Shown in pieces: positions 1 through 9,543 of a stretch of 64,000 bases of DNA; within the stretch, counting starts at the first letter, position 1, and every line of letters starts with the position of its first letter. Location: positions 128,001 to 192,000 of the forward strand of contig CBFIDD010000002.1 of assembly GCA_965661285.1 (NCBI GenBank), in the 5' to 3' direction. The position numbers were made by a program, and so were the translations under genes. Under the pieces are notes generated by a model, which did not search any database, was not told where the DNA came from, and worked only from the letters and a program-made list of their open reading frames with translations. The DNA comes from Poseidonia sp. (lineage in GTDB: Archaea > Thermoplasmatota > Poseidoniia > Poseidoniales > Poseidoniaceae).

Positions 1-44
1 CCTGTTTTTGGGGTAGGCGGTCTAGTCTTTGAACTTGAGGGAGG

Positions 45-533
45 CTACCATTCGGTTTGCTCAAACTCAGACCCTTCAACCCAAGCCAGCAAATCAAGGG
101 CAACAACACACGACTCTGCCACTTCCGGCAAGGGGTCATTGACGAATTTTTGTAGCGTCGGCACCACACTTCGGTCGCCAATGGCTCCCATGGCTTCTGC
201 AGCTTCGTGTCGAACCATCACGTGTTCCTCATCGTCTTCAAGGCGGTCAACGAGCGTGGGCAGCGCTGCAGGGTTTTGCATCTGGCCAAGTACGTAGGCG
301 ATTTCGTGTCGTAAGAGCGCACTTTGACTCGAGAAGCCCTGACAGAGCGCTAAGCAAGCCTCTTCGGTTCGTTGATTCCGAAGTGCAAAGACAGCTCGCA
401 TGCGCTGAAACATCGGTTGGCTTTCATCGCACAACTGTTCGGTGAGCGTGTCCAAGACAGCAATTTGGGATGGGGGCGCTGGATCAACCGAGCCGTACTG
501 GCTCACTTGTGGTTTTCGTTCACTTGGCGTCAT
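45..533 (-). CDS. Deoxyhypusine hydroxylase-like HEAT-repeat protein (half-size, two His-Glu motifs)
   Basis: RMRAVFALRN, SALLRHEIAYVLGQMQ, MVRHEAAEAMGAIG and EVAESCVVALD match one dyad half of eukaryotic DOHH. Start overlaps the mqnD stop (ATGA). Confidence 0.8.
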   Translation of the reverse strand: MTPSERKPQVSQYGSVDPAPPSQIAVLDTLTEQLCDESQPMFQRMRAVFALRNQRTEEACLALCQGFSSQSALLRHEIAYVLGQMQNPAALPTLVDRLEDDEEHVMVRHEAAEAMGAIGDRSVVPTLQKFVNDPLPEVAESCVVALDLLAWVEGSEFEQTEW

Positions 534-1423
534 GGTTCATCCTCTGGCGCGCCGATGAATTTCATGGTGCTTGTGTCAAAATCACCTCGGATTAAGCCGA
601 GGTCTTGACCTTCTTTGATGAAACGTCGGATGGAGGCTCTTCCTTCCTCACGATAGTCAATGGTACGGTCGTTGACGTACATGCCAACAAATTCCTTGTT
701 CGTGTCGTCATCGATGCCTCGGCCCCATGCCTTTGCAAATTCCAAGGCCTCATCGGGTGATTTGAGTGCGTATTCAATGCTCATTTTGGTGTACATCGTG
801 ATGTCCTCCATCACCTTGTCGCCAAGATCACGCCGGACAACGTTTCCGCCGAGTGGCATCGGCCAGTTTGGTGTCCTGGCATTCCACCATTTTCCGAGGT
901 CTATGAGAACATCAAGGTCATGGTCAACATAGGTCAACTGACCCTCGTGAATGATGAGGCCGCTGAGGTATGTACCGTCAAGAATTCGCGGGATAATCTC
1001 ATCAAAAGGAACGACCGCAACCTCGCAGTCTCCCCAAGCCAGACGCAGGCCGAGATATGCACTTGTTTTCATGCCGGGGACGGCGATGGTGTGGCTTCTC
1101 GCTTCATCCTCTGTGACGCCGCTTTTGCAAACGATCATCGGACCGTATCCCTCGCCCATCGAAGCGCCGCAGTTCATCAGAGCATAATGTTCAGCGATGT
1201 CGGGAAAAGCATGAATAGAAACAGCCGAGACCTCGAGGTCTTGGTTCATGGCCCGGTGATTCAATGTCTCAATGTCTTGGAGTTCGTGAACAAAGTTGTA
1301 TCCCGGTGTAGGAAATGCGCCGGTGGTCATGGCGTGAAACATGAAGGCATCATCGGGGTCGGGACTGTGGCCGATTCGCACGATTTTATTGCCCGCTTCG
1401 TCGAGAGGAAGTTCAGCCACCAT
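530..1423 (-). CDS. mqnD: 1,4-dihydroxy-6-naphthoate synthase (futalosine pathway)
   Basis: GHSPDPDDAFMF, DIETLN, SMGEGYGP, IIHEGQLTY, PLGGN and MYVN motifs. Start trimmed to ATG at 1423. Confidence 0.9.
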   Translation of the reverse strand: MVAELPLDEAGNKIVRIGHSPDPDDAFMFHAMTTGAFPTPGYNFVHELQDIETLNHRAMNQDLEVSAVSIHAFPDIAEHYALMNCGASMGEGYGPMIVCKSGVTEDEARSHTIAVPGMKTSAYLGLRLAWGDCEVAVVPFDEIIPRILDGTYLSGLIIHEGQLTYVDHDLDVLIDLGKWWNARTPNWPMPLGGNVVRRDLGDKVMEDITMYTKMSIEYALKSPDEALEFAKAWGRGIDDDTNKEFVGMYVNDRTIDYREEGRASIRRFIKEGQDLGLIRGDFDTSTMKFIGAPEDEP

Positions 1424-1484
1424 GATTCCAACCACCGGTATGCCCTTCAAGAACATTCGTTTGGTCAGGCCATCAATGACTGTA

Positions 1485-2282
1485 TCAGTTCCACGCGAAT
1501 TGCGGCGTTGAATCCATGCCACATGCTGATTTCAAAAACCGGAACAAACCGTCCAGATGATGTTGATTGAGACGGTTAAACACCTCGCCATAATACTGGT
1601 CCAATCGTTCGTAGGTAAGACCTGATTTTTCCATGGACCACTGAATCACAGCCTCGCGCTTTGCGGCTTGAGATTCAAAGCCCTCAAGATTCGAAAGAAG
1701 GGCTGCATGTGCACGCTGAAGGGCCTCGATTGGCGTGTCTTTTCGGGCGACAAAAACGCCGAAAATCATCGGCAATCCCTCTTGTTGCATCCATGCAGTG
1801 CCAAGGTCCATTTGAACCATCTCGGGAAACTCGCGGGCGGCTTCAAGTGCGCGATCTCCGATGAGCAACGCACCATCGGCGATCTTCATCATGGAGTCGT
1901 AATCCGGACCCATGGAGACATAGTTCATCGCCCTCCCTTGTTGTGAGATGAGATGTTTCAGCAACGCCACCGATGTGGCTGAATCGCTGGGTAGCGCAAT
2001 GGTCTGCATCTTTGAGAGCGGGACGGCGCCGAAGAGGAGCACGCTCCCGACTTCGCCTTGGCTCCCGATGCCGATATCAGGCAAGAGGACCAATTCATTG
2101 GCGTGCTTGGCGTAGTCTGCTGCGGGTATGGGTGCCAGAATGCAATCTCTGCGAAGAACGTGGCCGGTGAGCCAAGACGGTGGGGCGGACAAGACCTTCC
2201 AACGTGTGTCGAGTTTGTGATACAACGGGTCGCAATTGATGAACGCCACCCGTCCGAGCGTGTTCGTCCAAGTATCAGCCAT
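1485..2282 (-). CDS. mqnA: Chorismate dehydratase (futalosine pathway)
   Basis: GRVAFINCDPL, GEVGSVLL, SATSVAL, LLIGDRAL, DLGTAW and LPMIFGVF motifs; lies between mqnE and mqnD. Confidence 0.9.
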   Translation of the reverse strand: MADTWTNTLGRVAFINCDPLYHKLDTRWKVLSAPPSWLTGHVLRRDCILAPIPAADYAKHANELVLLPDIGIGSQGEVGSVLLFGAVPLSKMQTIALPSDSATSVALLKHLISQQGRAMNYVSMGPDYDSMMKIADGALLIGDRALEAAREFPEMVQMDLGTAWMQQEGLPMIFGVFVARKDTPIEALQRAHAALLSNLEGFESQAAKREAVIQWSMEKSGLTYERLDQYYGEVFNRLNQHHLDGLFRFLKSACGMDSTPQFAWN

Positions 2283-2287
2283 GCGTA

Positions 2288-3499
2288 TCATCCTTGGGCC
2301 ATTGGCAGGGTGCGTCGTGTAGGCGGTGGTGGTGGCGTGTATTCCTCAAATTGTGAATACGTGGTGTTTCGCTGAATGGGTGAGCATCCAGCATCGTAAA
2401 TCAGGCGTGAAAGTTTGGTGCGGTCGTGGTCAAGGGGGGCTGTCGAACCTGCCAAATGCATGATGGATTCCTTCTGAACCGTACCGTCGATATCATCCGC
2501 CCCAAATTGGAGGGCCAACTCGGCAAGATGATCGCCGATGTTCATGCGATAAGCCTTGATGTGCGGTATGTTGTTCAACATCAAGCGAGAAACGGCGATG
2601 GTGCGGAGCACTTCTGTTCCGGTCGCTAACTGCGCTTCGGGGAGTCGCGTATGGTCGGGCAGGAACGGGTAGGGCACGAAACATTGGAATCCACGGGTTT
2701 CTTCATTGAGAGAGCGCAGGGAAATCATGTGTTGGAGGCGCTGTTCAAGATGTTCGATTGTGCCAAAAAGCATGGTGCAATTTGATGGCAGTCCGACCTC
2801 GTGAGCCTCTCGATGAATCTGGAGGTATTCATTAGAACTTTCTTTTCCGTTACAGATGTGTGCCCGCACCTCGTCATCGAGAATCTCTGCACCGCCACCC
2901 GGCAAAGACGTCAAACCTGCTGCTTTGAGACGGGTGAGAACTTCCTTTGTTGAAATGGAGGATTTCTGTGAGAGATGTTTGATTTCAACAGCGGTAAGGG
3001 CTTTGATGGAAATGTGCGGAAATTTCTCTTTGGTTGCTGCAAAAAGCCCTTCGTAGTGTTCCACACCCCAATCGGGGTGAAGGCCTCCCACAGAGTGAAC
3101 TTCGTCAACAGCGTGAGCGTATTGGTCCAAGTCGGCAAGGTATTGCTCAACCGACATGGCGTAGGCATCATCGGCTTTTGGACCGCGGCGAAACGCGCAG
3201 AACTTACACGCTAAGACACAGATGTTCGTCTGGTTGACGTGGACGTTGGAGTTGAAAAATGCGCGCAAGCCAAATCGAGCTTTGCGGACACAGTGAGCAA
3301 GCGCACCGAGTTCATGGAGGTCTGGATGTGTGTAGAGTATCATACCATCAGCAAGGCTAAGCGGCTCATTTCGGACCAATTTCTCAACGATGGGTTGGAG
3401 CGCAGGCGACCATGATGTTGATGCGATGTTTTCGGCAAGGTTGTCAAGCCAGTGCGCGGCTTCACCAGCAAGCGGTGCAGGCTGGAGAGAAGGAGCCAT
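2288..3499 (-). CDS. mqnE: Aminofutalosine synthase, radical SAM (MqnE; CofH/MqnC family)
   Basis: NQTNICVLACKFCAF (CX3CX2C), VGGLHP, SLPGGGAEI and HIKAY; mqn gene context. Confidence 0.8.
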   Translation of the reverse strand: MAPSLQPAPLAGEAAHWLDNLAENIASTSWSPALQPIVEKLVRNEPLSLADGMILYTHPDLHELGALAHCVRKARFGLRAFFNSNVHVNQTNICVLACKFCAFRRGPKADDAYAMSVEQYLADLDQYAHAVDEVHSVGGLHPDWGVEHYEGLFAATKEKFPHISIKALTAVEIKHLSQKSSISTKEVLTRLKAAGLTSLPGGGAEILDDEVRAHICNGKESSNEYLQIHREAHEVGLPSNCTMLFGTIEHLEQRLQHMISLRSLNEETRGFQCFVPYPFLPDHTRLPEAQLATGTEVLRTIAVSRLMLNNIPHIKAYRMNIGDHLAELALQFGADDIDGTVQKESIMHLAGSTAPLDHDRTKLSRLIYDAGCSPIQRNTTYSQFEEYTPPPPPTRRTLPMAQG

Positions 3500-3544
3500 G
3501 ATAGCGCCTCGGGGAATTCATTCAAGAAGATGTGCTTTCATCCG

Positions 3545-6439
3545 TCAACGACGGCGAACGGCAAAGAAACCTGATTTCGCGATAAATTTCCTGAACTCCT
3601 CGATGATGAACACGCTTGACGCCATGAGCACGATGATGCCCCAATCGCTTTGCGATAATGGATTGGTACGCAGGAGCGATCCGACTTCAATGCCCAGCAC
3701 AGGGATGGTCATCTCGGCAAGCTGCACAAAGAACAGGAGGAGGCCAGTGGAAATCAGCAGGGCATATGTGATGGCAGGATTTGAAAAGACGCCGAGTTCA
3801 AAGACGCTCTCTTCGTTGGACCGGCAGTTCATCACATTGAACAACTGATACACGATGAACACCGCGAACGTCATGGTCTGGGCGTGCTGGAAATGACCAT
3901 CGGCGTAGTTCTGCCAATCTTCAATCGCTGCTGGGTTCCCGTTTTCACACGCTGCAACATCAAACGCCGTCGTCGTGGTCTGGGATGGGAGCAATTCGCA
4001 CTGTGCATCCGGATTGGCCAGCCCCCCGCCACCGAGCCAGAAGATCATCAAGGACCCGATGACCATGACGATACCGAGGTAGAAAATCAACGAAATGTCT
4101 CGACCGTTGGGTAAACCCTCGTCCACGGGTCGTGGGGGTCGTTCCATCACGTTCCCGTGTTTCTTTTCCACCCCAAGCGCTACAGCCGGTGGGCCGTCCA
4201 TGAGGATGTTGATAACCAAAATTTGCGTTGCCGTAAGGGGTAATGCTTCGGGACCGAAAAACAAAGTTGCCAATACGAGAAGCGAGACCGCCGCCACATT
4301 GGTCGAAACCTGGTATCTAACAAAGTTTCGAATGTTTTGGTAAATTTTCCGGCCTTCCTCCACAGCGTGAACGATGTTGGCGAAGTTATCGTCTTGAAGC
4401 ACCATGTCGGCGGCATCTTTCGCCACATCAGTACCGGCAATCCCCATCGCAATGCCGATGTTCGCTCCGGATAGAGCGGGAGCATCGTTCACGCCATCGC
4501 CGGTCATGGCGACGATCTCACCTTGTTCTTGCAACGAGGAAACAATCCGCATTTTCTGGTCGGGCGTGACACGAGAGTAAACGGAAACGCCACCAGAGAC
4601 GGACACGAGTTCCTCATCACTCAACGCTGCGAGCTTCTTTCCGTCGAGGGAGGACGTTGATGCAATGTTCAATTCGGATGCAATGGCCGCCGCCGTCATC
4701 TTTTGGTCGCCCGTGATCATCTTTACCTTGATACCCGCTCGCTGACAGGTTTCAATGGCCGCTTTGACCTCTGGCCGTGGAGGGTCCATGATACCAACGA
4801 GGCCGAGGAAAATAAGATTCGATTCCATGGCGTTGATGTCCGTGATGTCCTCCCCGTCTTCGACCTTCCGCGCAAAGAGAGCGATGATACGCATCGCTTG
4901 GGAGCCCATTTCTTTGTTCATCGAGGATATCTGCTTCTTGTCTTCCTCGGTGAGGGGTACAACGGTATTGTCGACGATTTTGGATGTTGCCATCGACTTA
5001 AACCCACCAGCACTCCCCTTTGCAAAGACCCACTGAGCGCCCTCGTACTCGTGGACGACACTCATCCGCTTTCGTACAGAATCAAAGAAGAATTCATGTA
5101 GACGAGGGTGGCGATAACTGAATTTCTTCACATCCCCGTTAATTTTCCATCCTGCCACGGCGCATGCAGAATCGGTTGGGTCGCCAATGGCCTGCCATTG
5201 GCCCTCGGATTTGACGATGTTCGAATTGTGGCAAAGCGCAAGGCAAGACCCTAACAATCGGAAATTAAGGTCTGCTTGCCGGGATTGGAGGTCCTCATCC
5301 GTGAGGATAACCCCGTTTCGAATGAGGGTCCCTTCGGGATCGAATCCCTCGCCGGTGATGCCAAAGTTTCGCTGAAGGGTCTGAATCTCCCGCACCGTCA
5401 TCTGATTTTTCGTCAACGTACCGGTTTTATCCGAACAAATCACCGTGGTTGAACCCAACGTTTCAACCGCTTTCATGCGCCGAATGATGGCTTTATGTCG
5501 GGCCATGTTGCGCATTCCCAGGGAGAGCGTGATGACCAAAATGATGGGCAGGCCTTCGGGGACGATGGCGACAAAAATCGAAATCGCAATGATGAATTGT
5601 TGCACGAGCACTTCTTTGAGATCAACACCCGGTTTGCCATAGGACACGATAACATAGAGCGAGACGATGAGAACGGCGACGACCAGCGCGATGACACCGA
5701 GAAACTTTCCGAGGCTCTCGAGTTTCAACTCCAGCGGCGTCTTCGGTGTTTGCGCTTCCGCGATGTTGCTTGCGATTTTACCGAGTTCGGTTTTCATACC
5801 TGTGGCAACCACCAAACCAAGGCCTCTTCCGGAGGAGACCGTCGTTCCCATGAACGCCATGTTGCTTCGTTCAGCAAGGAGGGTTTCTGCCGGCAAAGCC
5901 TCGGTCGATTTTCGAATGGTCAGCGACTCACCGGTCAAGGCCGATTCATCGATTTTACACTGTTGAGACTGAAGGAGGCGAACGTCCGCAGGAACATTGA
6001 GTCCGGGTTCAAGACGAACGACGTCGCCGGGGACGAGTTCTGAAGTTGGAATTTCGTTTTCGTAATCGCCACGAATAACGACGCAATTTGAAACCGACAT
6101 TTGTTTGAGCGAATCCATGGCTTGTTCGGCTTGATTCTCCTGCCAGTATCCAAAAAATGCGTTGGCCGTCAGCACGATAAAGATGAAAATTGCATCACCG
6201 GGATGGTCTGGATTGATGATCAAAGCGATGAGGGCAGCCCCCATCAGAAGATAGTTCAGCGGGTCGTTGTACTGAGAGAGAAATCGAAGAAAAGCGGATG
6301 TTTTCTCCGCCTCGTCCAGTTTGTTATCGCCAAAACGTCGGCGTCGCTTTGAGATCTCATCGGGAGCTAGCCCGTTCTTTGTTGACGCTTGAGCGACAAG
6401 GCTGTCCTCAACAGAGAGGTTATGCCAGTAATCCTCCAT
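3545..6439 (-). CDS. P-type IIA cation (Ca2+/Mn2+) transporting ATPase
   Basis: TGES, PEGL, DKTGTLT, MITGD and GDGVND motifs; 10-TM pattern. Start trimmed to MEDYW. Confidence 0.92.
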   Translation of the reverse strand: MEDYWHNLSVEDSLVAQASTKNGLAPDEISKRRRRFGDNKLDEAEKTSAFLRFLSQYNDPLNYLLMGAALIALIINPDHPGDAIFIFIVLTANAFFGYWQENQAEQAMDSLKQMSVSNCVVIRGDYENEIPTSELVPGDVVRLEPGLNVPADVRLLQSQQCKIDESALTGESLTIRKSTEALPAETLLAERSNMAFMGTTVSSGRGLGLVVATGMKTELGKIASNIAEAQTPKTPLELKLESLGKFLGVIALVVAVLIVSLYVIVSYGKPGVDLKEVLVQQFIIAISIFVAIVPEGLPIILVITLSLGMRNMARHKAIIRRMKAVETLGSTTVICSDKTGTLTKNQMTVREIQTLQRNFGITGEGFDPEGTLIRNGVILTDEDLQSRQADLNFRLLGSCLALCHNSNIVKSEGQWQAIGDPTDSACAVAGWKINGDVKKFSYRHPRLHEFFFDSVRKRMSVVHEYEGAQWVFAKGSAGGFKSMATSKIVDNTVVPLTEEDKKQISSMNKEMGSQAMRIIALFARKVEDGEDITDINAMESNLIFLGLVGIMDPPRPEVKAAIETCQRAGIKVKMITGDQKMTAAAIASELNIASTSSLDGKKLAALSDEELVSVSGGVSVYSRVTPDQKMRIVSSLQEQGEIVAMTGDGVNDAPALSGANIGIAMGIAGTDVAKDAADMVLQDDNFANIVHAVEEGRKIYQNIRNFVRYQVSTNVAAVSLLVLATLFFGPEALPLTATQILVINILMDGPPAVALGVEKKHGNVMERPPRPVDEGLPNGRDISLIFYLGIVMVIGSLMIFWLGGGGLANPDAQCELLPSQTTTTAFDVAACENGNPAAIEDWQNYADGHFQHAQTMTFAVFIVYQLFNVMNCRSNEESVFELGVFSNPAITYALLISTGLLLFFVQLAEMTIPVLGIEVGSLLRTNPLSQSDWGIIVLMASSVFIIEEFRKFIAKSGFFAVRRR

Positions 6440-6594
6440 CAAAACCAATCCACCCCTCAATAGAGTATTGAGGCAAAACGAAGCAGAAATATGCCGCATA
6501 TTAGTTTGATGGACAAAATCCCATGGATAATAAGTGCCAGACGAAGTGAAACACACATCGTAGGCTATACCTACTGGGACGAATTGGAGCGAGC

Positions 6595-8640
6595 ATGAGC
6601 GGGAGTCAAGAGCCTTACATCCCCGCTCATGAATCGCCCAAGGAATTGACCGTTCGTGTAATCGTGGTGGGCATTGTCCTTGGCGTATTGATGACAGCAG
6701 CCAATGCCTACCTCGGACTCTATGCTGGCATGACCGTTTCTGCGAGCATACCCGCTGCGGTGATGTCGATGATCGTCCTTCGCACGATGTTCAAAGATGT
6801 CTCAATTTTAGAAAATAACGCCGTCCAAACGATGGCATCGGCCGGTGAATCCCTTGCAGCTGGCGTCATCTTCACCGTACCGGCTCTTCTCGTGATGAAT
6901 ATTTGGACATCAATTCAGTGGATGGAGACGCTCATCATCGCCACCTTGGGTGGTTTGCTTGGCACGATGTTCACCATTGCGCTGCGTCGCCTTTTCATCG
7001 TCGAGGAGGCGTTGCCCTACCCCGAAGGCGTGGCTTGCCGAGAGGTGCTGGTTGCCGGTGAAGAGGGCGGCGACGGCGCGCTGGCCATTTTGTATGCGCT
7101 GGCCATCGGTGGGATTTACGGGCTCATGGTCAAGGGTTTCGAGGTCACCCATCACACGGTTGAAGGCGCCTTCTCTTTTGTCTCCACTCGCCTTTATGCG
7201 GGCATGGATTTATCGGTCGCCTTGCTTTCAGTGGGCTACATTGTCGGCATTCGCATCGCCTCGTTCATCTTTTTTGGCGGCGTCTTGGGGTTCGGTATTC
7301 TCGTCCCTATGTACGGACTGATTTACGGTTGGCCTGCTACGGATTCGCTCGTCGATGGCTTCTACAGCATATGGTCAACCCAAATCCGCTACGTCGGTGT
7401 AGGAGCGATGGTGGTCGGTGGCATCTACACCCTCTGGTCCATGAGAAAAACCATCATCACGGGATTATCCAAAGCCTTCGTCAAATCCGATGAAGGGGCA
7501 GGCCTGCTACCTAGAACAGAGCAGGACATACCCATGAACCGTGTTTTCACGGTGTGCGGTGTGTTGGTCGTGCTGACCTTCTTCTTCTACTGGTGGGCCA
7601 CCGAATCCTTTGTCCTCGCCATGGCCGGTGCGCTGTTCCTCGCCTTTGTGGCCTTCTTTTTCGCAGCCGTTGCGGGCTACATCGCCGGTGTTGTTGGCTC
7701 ATCCAATTCTCCTGTTTCCGGAATGACCATCGCCACGCTTCTGTTTACGGTCGGCCTGGTGTACATCGTCGGTGATGTCTTCCTTGGGATGGCCAAGGAG
7801 GAACTCATGTTTGCCACCCTCCTCATCGCTGCCATCGTCGCCTCGAGCGCGGCGATTGCCGGCGACGTCATGCAGGACCTCAAGACCGGTCACATGCTGG
7901 GTGCCACACCAAGAAGGCAACAGGTTGCTGAAATCGTAGGTGTCCTGACAGGTGCGGTGGTGATTGGTCCAGTTCTGTCCTTGCTTCACGACGCTTTTCG
8001 CATCTCCCAGACGGCCTGCCAACTGAACCCGCTACCCGGCGACCCGACCTGCTCCAAGGCGCTCTTCGCACCGCAAGCTGAATTGATCGGTGCGATTGTT
8101 CAGGGTGCATTTGGTGGGGACTTGAACCTCCAGATGGTGGTGCTCGGTGCGGCCATTGCTGTCGCCCTCATTCGATTGCAAATGCCGGTGATGAGCGTGG
8201 CGATTGGGATCTATCTGCCGCTCGGACTCTCGGTCCCCATCATGACGGGCGGCATCATTTCGCACGTCCTCTTGCGAAGCGCTCACCTGCGAGTCGATGG
8301 GGTCCTGCGCAAGGAACCCTCTGAAAAAGCGATCGAAGCCGCCAAAGAGGTCGAGAGTCGGGGCGTGCTCATCGGTGCCGGCTTCATCGCAGGAGAGTCC
8401 ATCATGGGCGTGCTCATCGCGGTCCTCATCGTTGCAAAAATTGACCTCCCCGGTATCTTTGGGATTGATACGCTAAACAATCTCTTCTCCTTGGTGTTCT
8501 TCGCTTGGTTTGTCGGCGTCTTCATTTGGCTGGCGACACGCGCACTGCCGAAGGGTGGAAGTCTCGCTGGCGATACCGTGATGGTCGTGGCGGATGCATT
8601 CCGAAATATGTTGGATGCATTGACGCCGAAAAAGCGCTAA
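6595..8640 (+). CDS. OPT family oligopeptide transporter
   Basis: ANAYLGLYAG, SIPAAV, ENN, PYPEG, SPVSG, DLKTG and APQA motifs; very hydrophobic. Confidence 0.92.
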   Translation: MSGSQEPYIPAHESPKELTVRVIVVGIVLGVLMTAANAYLGLYAGMTVSASIPAAVMSMIVLRTMFKDVSILENNAVQTMASAGESLAAGVIFTVPALLVMNIWTSIQWMETLIIATLGGLLGTMFTIALRRLFIVEEALPYPEGVACREVLVAGEEGGDGALAILYALAIGGIYGLMVKGFEVTHHTVEGAFSFVSTRLYAGMDLSVALLSVGYIVGIRIASFIFFGGVLGFGILVPMYGLIYGWPATDSLVDGFYSIWSTQIRYVGVGAMVVGGIYTLWSMRKTIITGLSKAFVKSDEGAGLLPRTEQDIPMNRVFTVCGVLVVLTFFFYWWATESFVLAMAGALFLAFVAFFFAAVAGYIAGVVGSSNSPVSGMTIATLLFTVGLVYIVGDVFLGMAKEELMFATLLIAAIVASSAAIAGDVMQDLKTGHMLGATPRRQQVAEIVGVLTGAVVIGPVLSLLHDAFRISQTACQLNPLPGDPTCSKALFAPQAELIGAIVQGAFGGDLNLQMVVLGAAIAVALIRLQMPVMSVAIGIYLPLGLSVPIMTGGIISHVLLRSAHLRVDGVLRKEPSEKAIEAAKEVESRGVLIGAGFIAGESIMGVLIAVLIVAKIDLPGIFGIDTLNNLFSLVFFAWFVGVFIWLATRALPKGGSLAGDTVMVVADAFRNMLDALTPKKR

Positions 8641-8718
8641 CTGCGACCCACACCCACAGGAATAGCCTGCACAACCATCAAAGGCCATCCATGCGAGCCT
8701 CGGTGTGCTGGTGAACCG

Positions 8719-9543
8719 ATGACAACCATAACCGAACTTGAAGAACTTGCGCGAAGATGTCGCGTCCACATCGTCAACATGGTCCACCGTGCCCAAGCTG
8801 GCCACCCCGGTGGTTCACTCTCCGAAATCGACCTCTTGGCGGCGCTCTACAAAACCACGCTACGCGCCAAACCAGACCAGCCTGATTGGGAGGACCGAGA
8901 CCGATTCATTCTCTCCAAAGGCCATGCCTCACCCGGCATGTATGCCATCCTCGCCGAGATGGGGTTCATCAGCGTTGAGGACCTCGAATCGTACAGGGTA
9001 CTCGGTGGCGTGTGTCAGGGTCATGTGGACATGAAATGGTGCCCAGGCGTGGATTTCTCTGCAGGTTCACTCGGCATGGGCCTCTCGTTTGGCATGGGCT
9101 CGGCCATCGCAGGCCGCCTTGAAGGCAGCGAGCGTCAAGTCTACGTCATGCTCGGCGATGGGGAAATCCAAGAGGGAAGCGTTTGGGAAGCGGCCATGGC
9201 CGCAAGGCACCATGAACTTGGCAACTTGAACGTGATTCTTGACCGAAACCGAATTCAAAACGATGACTTTTGTGAAGCCCAAATGCGCATGTTTGACATC
9301 CCAGCAAAATGGAAGGCCTTCGGATGGAATGTGAAGGAAATTGACGGCCACAACATGGAGGAAATCGTCGACGGATTGAACTTCCTGCAACATTCAAACG
9401 ACGGCCCCTCCATCCTGATCGCTCATACCGTAAAGGGGCACGGCGTTTCCTTCATGGCCGACAATCCAGCCTTCCACGGTGCCGCACCCAATGACGAACA
9501 ATACGCTCAAGCCATGGCTGAACTCGGCGAGGTGGTCGCATGA
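8719..9543 (+). CDS. Transketolase, N-terminal subunit
   Basis: GHPGGSLS, DRFILSKGH, GSLGMG and the TPP motif GDGE...N. Confidence 0.93.
   Translation: MTTITELEELARRCRVHIVNMVHRAQAGHPGGSLSEIDLLAALYKTTLRAKPDQPDWEDRDRFILSKGHASPGMYAILAEMGFISVEDLESYRVLGGVCQGHVDMKWCPGVDFSAGSLGMGLSFGMGSAIAGRLEGSERQVYVMLGDGEIQEGSVWEAAMAARHHELGNLNVILDRNRIQNDDFCEAQMRMFDIPAKWKAFGWNVKEIDGHNMEEIVDGLNFLQHSNDGPSILIAHTVKGHGVSFMADNPAFHGAAPNDEQYAQAMAELGEVVA

Noticed and set aside
2288-3499. F420 biosynthesis CofH
   Set aside because: Context with mqnA and mqnD and the absence of cofG favour the futalosine pathway.
8719-9543. Split transketolase as a pseudogene or frameshift
   Set aside because: Two-subunit transketolases are common in archaea; both halves are intact and coupled by an ATGA overlap.
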